A stretch of DNA of 64,000 nucleotides from Octopus vulgaris (taxonomy: Eukaryota): positions 75,888,001-75,952,000 of the forward strand of contig OX597823.1 in NCBI GenBank assembly GCA_951406725.2. Direction: 5' to 3'. Shown here one piece after another: positions 55,881 through 64,000 of this stretch. A model generated the notes under the pieces. The model did not search any database. It was not told where the DNA came from and saw nothing but the letters and a program-made list of their open reading frames with translations. Each line of letters starts with the position of its first letter. The stretch's first letter is position 1. A program made the translations under genes and the position numbers.

Positions 55881-55883
<3 letters not shown>
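55287..55883 (+). mobile_element. CR1-group LINE, 5'-truncated 3' end, inserted in (TA)n
   Basis: Open frame to 55795: [10 protein letters not shown]...[12 protein letters not shown]...[20 protein letters not shown]...FKKSLDKFL. Short 3' UTR ending in (TTCTAAGTTA)x2. Confidence 0.85.
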
Positions 55884-55949
<66 letters not shown>

Positions 55950-56059
55950 GTTGAAAAAGATTAGAGGTCCATATAATTCATTTTTTTATATATAAGTGAT
56001 GGAAGTGGAAATATCACTGAATGATGTCTGAGACATTTCAATTCAAGAAGGAATTTAAT

Positions 56060-56343
56060 CAATTGCAGCGTGGAAGGTCTTTATAAACCATTTGAGAACA
56101 CACAAACACCGTTAGATTCATGTCAACTTTTAAATTTCATTTGTGTAAAAATATTTTCGTCGCTTTGAAACCGCGACCTCTTTACTGAAAAAATTCCGTG
56201 CTGCTTCTGTTTTTCCAGTGGACAGGTCGTGATTTCAAAGCATCGAAAATATTTTGACACAAATTTGATTTAAACGTTGAAGTGAATCTAATAGGTATTT
56301 TTGTGTGTTCTTAAATGGCTAATATACATCTCCACTGCAATTG
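56060..56343. repeat. Imperfect inverted repeat, ~134-bp arms with ~16-bp spacer
   Basis: CAATTGCAGCGTGGA...AATATTTTCGTCGCTTTGAAACCGCGACC versus GGTCGTGATTTCAAAGCATCGAAAATATT...TCCACTGCAATTG. Confidence 0.88.
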
Positions 56344-56575
56344 CTTTTGTTTGAGCACAAGAGTTCAGATGAAGTCACTTGCTATTCAAGTACATCTCTG
56401 TAAACGAATTTAATAAAATTGACTGATAAATTTATATAAACAAGTTTATATAGAAAATATTCTGCTGGCTTCGATGAATCACATCTATTCAAATATCAGT
56501 AAACGTTTACAAAAATTTGAAATAAAAACAGTTTGTTTTCCGTCTGGATGTCAAAAATATTTCCAGATATCTCCA

Positions 56576-56844
56576 GCCTTGCGAGTGGATTTTTTAAACG
56601 GAAACTGAAAGAAGACCGTCATGCATATATGTCTGTATGTGTGCTTTCATTTGTGTTTGTGTTTGTCTCCCATCATAGCCGCACAACCAATGTTGGTATG
56701 TCGCCATAACTTAGCGGTTCGGCAAAAGAAATCGATAGAAGAACTACTAGGCTTACAAAGAATAAGTCCTTGGGTAGATTTGTTCGACTAAAGACGGTGT
56801 TCTAACATGGTCGAAGTCAAATACTTGAAACAAGTAAAAGAAAT
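56576..56844 (+). mobile_element. SINE family B 3' portion
   Basis: GGAAACTGAAAGAAG...TAACTTAGCGGTTCGGCAAAAG...GAAACAAGTAAAAGA. Confidence 0.85.
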
Positions 56845-56987
56845 AACGAATATATATACCAGGGTTGTATAAAAAGTATTGAGCATTCAAGGCCTTTCTG
56901 CCTTGAAGTCTTGTACCTTCTTCAGAAGTCTTGTATGATATTTCATTTTTTTGAGACTCAAGAATTTTCATACATACCTCTTATATA

Positions 56988-57234
56988 TATTATTTATTTA
57001 AAGGTCCAATATATGTATTAAAGGCGCTACTAATAGTTTTATATGCTGCTTTATATTTCATAATAGTTTCATATGCTGCTTTTTCAGTTTTTTTCCCATT
57101 TCTTCCATTATTCAAATTTTTTAATTTCTTTATGATATGTATTTTGCGCCGGAAGAATATGTATGAGGTTTCTCAACATATGAAACTAATAGTAGTGTTT
57201 GAATACGTGTATTGTGACATTTAAATAAATAATA
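56988..57234. repeat. Imperfect inverted repeat, ~60-bp arms
   Basis: 56988-57048 aligns with the reverse complement of 57174-57234; also a 20-bp direct repeat at 57031 and 57061. Confidence 0.7.
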
Positions 57235-58831
57235 TTTATCTCTCACCAGATGGAGTATATCTTTTGCTGAATTTTCTACCACGGAACAATACATTATATA
57301 TATAAATGTGAGTGCATGTGTGAGTGTGTGCGCGTGTACCTTCGTGTATATTTATTATCTGCAATCCGCATATCTGTCGGATAGGGAGAGCTACAATAAA
57401 TTCCACAAAGTAAATACTTAGAAACATGTGGAGAAGGAATATTCAAGATCTTTCCTTTCTATAAATGCCCAAGGAATGACACCTTCTTCAGAAAAAATAT
57501 GGAACAACAATTCATAGCGAAATTCTCCCCAAAATTGAATGGCTGAAAATATGAAAATTACATCAACTTCCTTATAAACTCATCTGGAACCCTAAGATAT
57601 ATGCTTATGTGTGTGTATGTATGTATATACATAAATAGAGACATTCTTGTATCCAGATTTTCCAACCCATACCAGCATGGGAATCAAAGATAGAACAATG
57701 ATGATGGTGATGATGATAATAATTCCAGACAATCTTTTGAAAAATGACTTTCATTATTCCTCATCAAAACAGAACCCACTTAGAGTAACCACCTGGTCTT
57801 TCCGTTTTCACAGACCAAGAATCAACTTGTCATCTTCTATTGAAAGAACTGACAATCTGTGTAGATATAAACATATTTTTCTGCTTTCTTTCTTCCCTCC
57901 TTTATTTAATTTTCTTTTCCATTGACATTAAAAAAAACACATTTTTTCACTTTGAAAACATTTTTTTCTTTCAGACCCCCTGGTGAGCAGGCTGAACCAA
58001 AGTAAGAATCTGTTCTAGTCACCTACTTAAAAATATATATATTCGTTTTCTTTATCTCTTGATCAAAACTCTCCCTTTCAGATACAGAGACACATACGCA
58101 CGCACCCATACAAAAACACACACACACACTCACTTTCTCCTTTCACTATCTCCCCATTCCTCTCCCTCTTTTCCTACCCTTTACACTCCACATTACTCTT
58201 CTTTTTCTCCACCCTCTCTCTCCCTCTCTACTAATGCTATAAAAAGAGACAAAACCCTTAACACAATTTAAATCTTAAGAATCTATTAGAGTAGATGAAA
58301 ATATGAGATTTGTAAAAACATATGACATGTTAATAGATATTGGTTTATGTACAGCAATCCAGATCTCTGAATACCTTATTTTTTTAATATACGCACATAT
58401 ATATATGTATATATATATATGTAATTCGTTACATTCACCACGTATGTTTTTATGATAGTGAGAACTTTGTGGGTGTGGAGTGTTAACTTCTATTTCTAAC
58501 AAGTGATATTCCAGTACTATAATTTGTTTATCTCTATATTTTACCTATATAGGTTAAACTTGCTGTCCACTTTATTATTATTGTTATTTTAGATAATGAT
58601 AATATTACTTTATTAAATTTCATATTGTACTGACTCATACTATATTCGTTTTGTATGTCGCGGGGGTATTCAAATTAACAAATGCGCACGACGTAATGAA
58701 ATGTATATTTTTGGAAATAAATGAATACATTAAGCTTGGCTGACATACAAAAGGTGTAATGAATCGATACCAATATATTTGTTCTTGCTCATTGTTATTT
58801 TTAATAATGTTAATAATACTTTATTAAATTT

Positions 58832-58877
<46 letters not shown>

Positions 58878-59297
58878 GAGAGAGAGAGAGAGAGATGTAT
58901 ATATATATACACATCTAGTGTAGGATAAAATGTTTTCGAAAAACATTTTATCAATGGCCAGCATATTAAAAAAAATACCTTTAAAGGTTAAATTTATAAA
59001 TAACTTATAAAATAAGGGCAAATGAAAAATTCTAATGCCAAATATGCCGAAAATAGACAAGATTGTGTGTAACCATTATAATTTATGCGTCTCGAAACAA
59101 GCCGATAGAAATTTTTTTAAAAATCCGTTATTACCGTATTGGTCCCAATTTCAGAGTTAATTCATAAGAATTTTCCCTTCCTCAGCGATAAATACGTAAG
59201 ACATAAATGAAATACTTACTCATACCCATGGAAAAAGCAAGCACTAAGTCCTAAGCAGACCTAAGTACCCCAAATATATCCAAAATAGAAAATCTTC

Positions 59298-59300
<3 letters not shown>

Positions 59301-59328
<28 letters not shown>

Positions 59329-59826
59329 CTCAACTTGTGTGTCTGTGTGTGTATCTGTGTGTGTGTGTGTGTGTGTTTAACTTCCCGGCACACCTCCTCC
59401 AAGCCAACAAATCGTAGAACCACAAAGAATGGGTCACTTAAAATTTAGGCGAATGAAAATTGAACTGCGCTATTTCTGTTCCGAACTTCATCTCGCAAAT
59501 GCAAAAATCGATAATGTGTTTGTTTAGGCCTTATCCCATGCATTGAATAGTGAACTTTACTCAGTCAGCTGTTTGACGTGAACTGTGTTCACCATGCATG
59601 CAAGCATGCGTAAATTGCATGAAAAATAAAAAAAATCAAGATATAAAAACGAATGGCCGTAAACATTGTAGAAATTCGGCAAATTAATGAATTTTCGGGA
59701 TATAGCCTGGAGGGTTTTTTCCTATGAATCGTTTGGACTTTGTGAACACATACCAATTGTTTTCATAACATTTTTAACGATTTGAATTAAATGTGACTAT
59801 TTTGCAAAGCCGGGCAATACTGCTAG
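59301..59826 (+). mobile_element. Non-autonomous Helitron-like element
   Basis: (TA)nAAAACT followed by (TG)n at the 5' end; 3' GCAAAGCCGGGCAATACTGCTAG|T. The 5' boundary is uncertain within (TA)n. Confidence 0.6.
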
Positions 59827-59927
59827 TATATATATATATACATAACCATACATGTATACATACATAGGGATATATATTCCTATATACAGGTATAGATTGA
59901 CAGACAGGCAAAGATAGATAGATAGGT

Positions 59928-60050
59928 ACGTACGTACGTACATACATACATACATACATACATACATACATACATACATACATACATACATACATACATA
60001 CATACGTGCATACATACATACATGCATATATACATTCATACATATACATA
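59928..60050. repeat. (TACA)n microsatellite
   Basis: Direct inspection. Confidence 0.95.
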
Positions 60051-60954
60051 AACAGACAGAAACACAGACAGAAAATGCCCCTCCACAAAATCTTTACTTA
60101 CTGAATTTCAATTGCAAGAAGGACAACTTTTACTCACCCGTCCACTTCAAACGATGACCTTTTGGGTGAAAGATACTTGAAACATAAACAGCACGGTTGC
60201 ACACACTGTTCTTTAGTGCGAGGTGATGTTGGTATGTCTTGTAAATGTAAAAATAAGAAATGTATGGTTAACAATAAGAAATGATAGCTATTCACATTTT
60301 TATGGTATAAATTACATAGAAATATATGCTAGAAAATTAAATTTCAATTTTCAAATTGTATTACTACATGATTTACTTATATTATGTATCAAATTTATGT
60401 TATCACCGATATAAATGCATCACCAAATCACTTTTCGTCATGTTGGTGCCTTGCGGTATCCAAAATATGTATTCATTGCCTGCTGCAGTTTCTTTTGTTT
60501 GATTTTCGTGTCGATATAAGTGTCAAATAGTTCTTTAAAGCCATGCATAAATAATACAAACTGAAGGCACATGGCTCAGTGGTTAGACCGTCGGCCTCAT
60601 AGCTATGTCGGTGCCTTGCAGTATCCAAATGTTGTTTTCATTGCTTGCAGCAATTTCTTTTTGTCTGTCTTTACGTGTCAAATAGTTATTTAAAGCCATG
60701 CAATTACGATCAATCTTGTACTATGATGTCTTTGTTTAGCAGGTCGTTTTGCATCACACATTTGTTTAAACATTTACCTGATATCAATATTTGCATGTCT
60801 TATTTGTGAAGCATATTCTTCACGAGAGTAAAGTTAGTAAACGCCACTGGTTGTCTGTTACTATTCTTGTTCAGTATGGCTAAACTTGAACGTAATTATT
60901 CTGTTGCACAGACATGAATTAATTAATCCATTTACTTCTAAAAAAAAAATTTTT

Positions 60955-61188
60955 TTTTTTCATTACTACCCGCAAGGGGCTAAACACAGAGGGGACAAAC
61001 AAGGACAGACAAACGGATTAAGTTGTTTACATTGACTCCAGTGCGTAACTGGTACTTAATTTATCGACCCCGAAAGGATGAAAGGCAAAGTCGACCGCGG
61101 CGGAATTTGAACACGGAACGTAACGACAGACGAAATACGGCTACGCATTTTGCCCGGCATGCTAACGTTTCTGCCAGCTCACCGCCCT
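60955..61188 (-). mobile_element. SINE family A monomer
   Basis: Full reverse-complement monomer ending CTGCCAGCTCACCGCC on the plus strand. Confidence 0.9.
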
Positions 61189-62405
61189 AATATATAAAAT
61201 ATATATCGGTGGCGTGCAGTTGAGACAAACTAGTTATGCACTGCATGTCCGTTGATTCTATATAACTCAAAAATCATTTTAAGAACGTAATGTATTCATA
61301 ACTACATTGGAAAGGTGTCCAAATCTTTGGAAGCAGCAAAAGTAGTTACTTTGTTTCAAAGGAAATCCGTCTAGATTGATGATTTACTTGTTTCTATTTT
61401 ACTTCCACTACGCATGCTTAAAGAAAAACGCATATGAAATCTCCTGCCCTTCCACTTCCTATCATTTCCATGCCTGTAAGATTCTTTTCCATCTCGATAA
61501 AATAACTACGGAAAGCATGCTTTCAGAAAAACGTATGTTTTGGATTCTTCTCCTTTTCTATCAGTTCTTCTTTGTCAAAAATTCTTTGTAATTGATGTCC
61601 CTAACGCGACAGGCTAAATGACTGAATTGGTCTGACTTTTAGACCTTAAAAAATTCTGACCAAAACATATCAACAATCCCATAATTTTTAATTAGTCAAT
61701 TCAAATTTTGCCGTGACTTTGGAATATCTATTTCGATCTGACGTAATTTTTGAAATTGCTATCATTAACCATCCTAACTGAATTAAACAAAAATATTCTG
61801 GCATAAAAAAAATATAATATAGCTAATTAATCTTTCGTTCATTTACTAAAATTATCTTTCCGTTTTATTGAAACTTATTTACAGTTCATGATCGCAGTAA
61901 AATGTAACTAAAGTGTTCATTTTCTTTCTTTTTTTTCTTCTTACAACTGAAAGTATTATTTTCTACAAAATGAAACTTGAACGTTGCAAAAAATATTGGG
62001 GCAGAAATAAGTCACAGTATTCGACATTTTACTGAGGGAAAGTCTCTGAAAAAATCTTTGAAGAGAGTTGAGTAGATTAATCACATACTTCTTTCACTAT
62101 TTTATCGCAGTTTTGTTTGCCGAACAAATTCCTGTGAGCTTTGGCTGTTATTTCTAGCATGTGATTGCCTGCTTGAAAGACGTAGAATCGCGAAGGGAGG
62201 GGTTGGGGTAATTTTTTTTTTTTTATGAAAAAGTGAAATCTTACAAACTTTCTTTTTCTTTTTTGCAGTATCATAATCTAATCTCCATAGCCGAAAACGT
62301 AGGTTTCCGTATTTTTTTAAGCTAGGGAGAATTTGGGTTAGGTCTCAGTCATGTTCACCAAGTATTTATTATTGCATGAGCAACTTCAGAAGCCACCGCA
62401 CGCCA

Positions 62406-62437
<32 letters not shown>

Positions 62438-62447
<10 letters not shown>

Positions 62448-62692
62448 AATTAAGGACTGAACACGAAAAAGTGGACAGTCAACATGCTAGATATAGACGT
62501 CAAATCGCCATTCTCCACAAAGATTATGTTCTCAAATAAAATAAAATTCAGCACAGATAGATAGATAGACAGGCTGTGCTGAATTTTATTTTATTTGAGA
62601 ACATAATCTTTGTGGAGAATGGCGATTTGACGTCTATATCTAGCATGTTGACTATCCACTTTTTCGTGTTCAGTCCTTAATTGGTATATATA
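62438..62692. repeat. Near-perfect palindrome: 119-bp arms, 17-bp spacer, 1 mismatch
   Basis: 62438-62556 is the reverse complement of 62574-62692 except GTGGACAGTC versus GTGGATAGTC. Confidence 0.95.
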
Positions 62693-62804
62693 AATATTTT
62701 AATCTTCGGATTCTTTTTAATATGCTAGACCACTGGTTTTAATTGACTAATATCAATTTTTACCTTTAATTAATTTTTAATTTTTTATATATATATATAT
62801 ATAT

Positions 62805-62905
62805 ATAAAGTTAATCCAAACAAGAAAGCACAAAAAAACACACAACAACGCGAGTGCGAGGAACAAATATAGTATTATTGGACGCTCAGGAAAGAAGGAA
62901 AGAAG
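62805..62905 (-). mobile_element. 3' fragment of the repeat seen at 7071-7270
   Basis: AAAGTTAATCCAAACA...TAGTATTATTGGACGCTCAGGAAAG is the reverse complement of ~7172-7270. Confidence 0.8.
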
Positions 62906-62928
62906 GAAAGGACACATACACATACAGT

Positions 62929-63028
<100 letters not shown>

Positions 63029-63494
63029 TACACACCTCACTGACTTTAAGGTTGTACACGACTTGAAACTACCATTGATAAATTTGGTTGAGATTTTGTC
63101 TCATCATTTCAGTTTTACACAATACACATCCACTCACCTCCGTTTTAGCATCGTTGCAGCACCTCGAAACCTTGCCTTCACTGCACTAACTTGAGGCAAT
63201 CTGCTCTGGGGTTTTTTCTTTGCCAGGGAGGATAATGGGCTTGCGCTTTTTCTATCTTTTTTTTAGCTGCTGGCATCTAAAAGAAAGTGAGGTAGAGAAT
63301 GATTTGATGAAAACGTGATAATAATTTCTGCACAATTATACAAATACTCTGAAGAAAATCCCCACTAGGATGGCTTGAGGTATGTCTTTTAAGCTTTATG
63401 TGTTCCTAGTCTCCAGGTTAATCACTTGTAGATTTTCTGATACATTTCCTGAAACAAAACGCAGGTGATATTTTATGAAAATATTGTGAGTAAG

Positions 63495-63645
63495 GGTCGT
63501 TTTCGATTAAGTCGACACCATTGCACTACTTATGCTATACACCCCGAAAGGAGGAAAATCAAAGTCGACCCAGGCAGTATTTGAACACACAACCTAAGGA
63601 CGTACGAAAGACCACAAGGCATTTTGCCCGGCGTGTAAACGATTT
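63495..63645 (-). mobile_element. SINE family A, degenerate
   Basis: ACCCCGAAAGG...AAAGTCGACC...TTTGAAC...GCATTTTGCCCGGCGTG. Confidence 0.75.
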
Positions 63646-64000
63646 CAGTAATATTTGCCATTACTGTGAATAGATATACGCAATAATTTCGCATACCATA
63701 TGATCCATATTTTTGGAGATTTAGTTGTGTTCATTTTATATAACAGAACGTTGCGAAAGACTTGTGGTGGTTGCCACGCTGGGTCTAGCTGAAAACACCC
63801 GCATTCTTTATCCTTCAAGCAATATAATCTATCTCTATTTCATTAGTTTGAGAGAAAAAATTGGATGAGTGCTACCAAGAAATACGATATTTTAGACTCT
63901 GAGTGAGGGAGGACACGATATTCTATATCAAACAAACCTATGGCCACAACCATCACCTTCACTATCATCTCTTTCTTTTTCTATTTTCGTCATGATACAT

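Overview
AT-rich, microsatellite-saturated eukaryotic non-coding DNA. The SINE families resemble those I recall from octopus genomes; this is inference, not a database result. I found no confident host protein-coding gene, and nearly all listed ORFs are microsatellite read-throughs or transposon remnants. Contents: two abundant SINE families (A, which often forms ~184-bp tandem multimers, and B), rarer tRNA-headed SINEs, four R4/Dong-like LINE fragments sitting in (AAT)n tracts, a CR1-like 3' end, an RTE/RTEX-like fragment nested in a decayed DD37D (maT-type) Tc1/mariner transposon, and two non-autonomous Helitron-like elements. The most interesting signal is a set of minimal type-I hammerhead ribozyme (HHR) motifs in several unrelated short repeats. 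The clearest case is a three-copy element, family H: tRNA-like Pol III head, then an (AAT)n linker, then an HHR with a palindromic stem III, then a unique tail. Several of these short elements occur as inverted, head-to-head dimers. Together this suggests ribozyme-processed, possibly Penelope-dependent non-autonomous retroelements.
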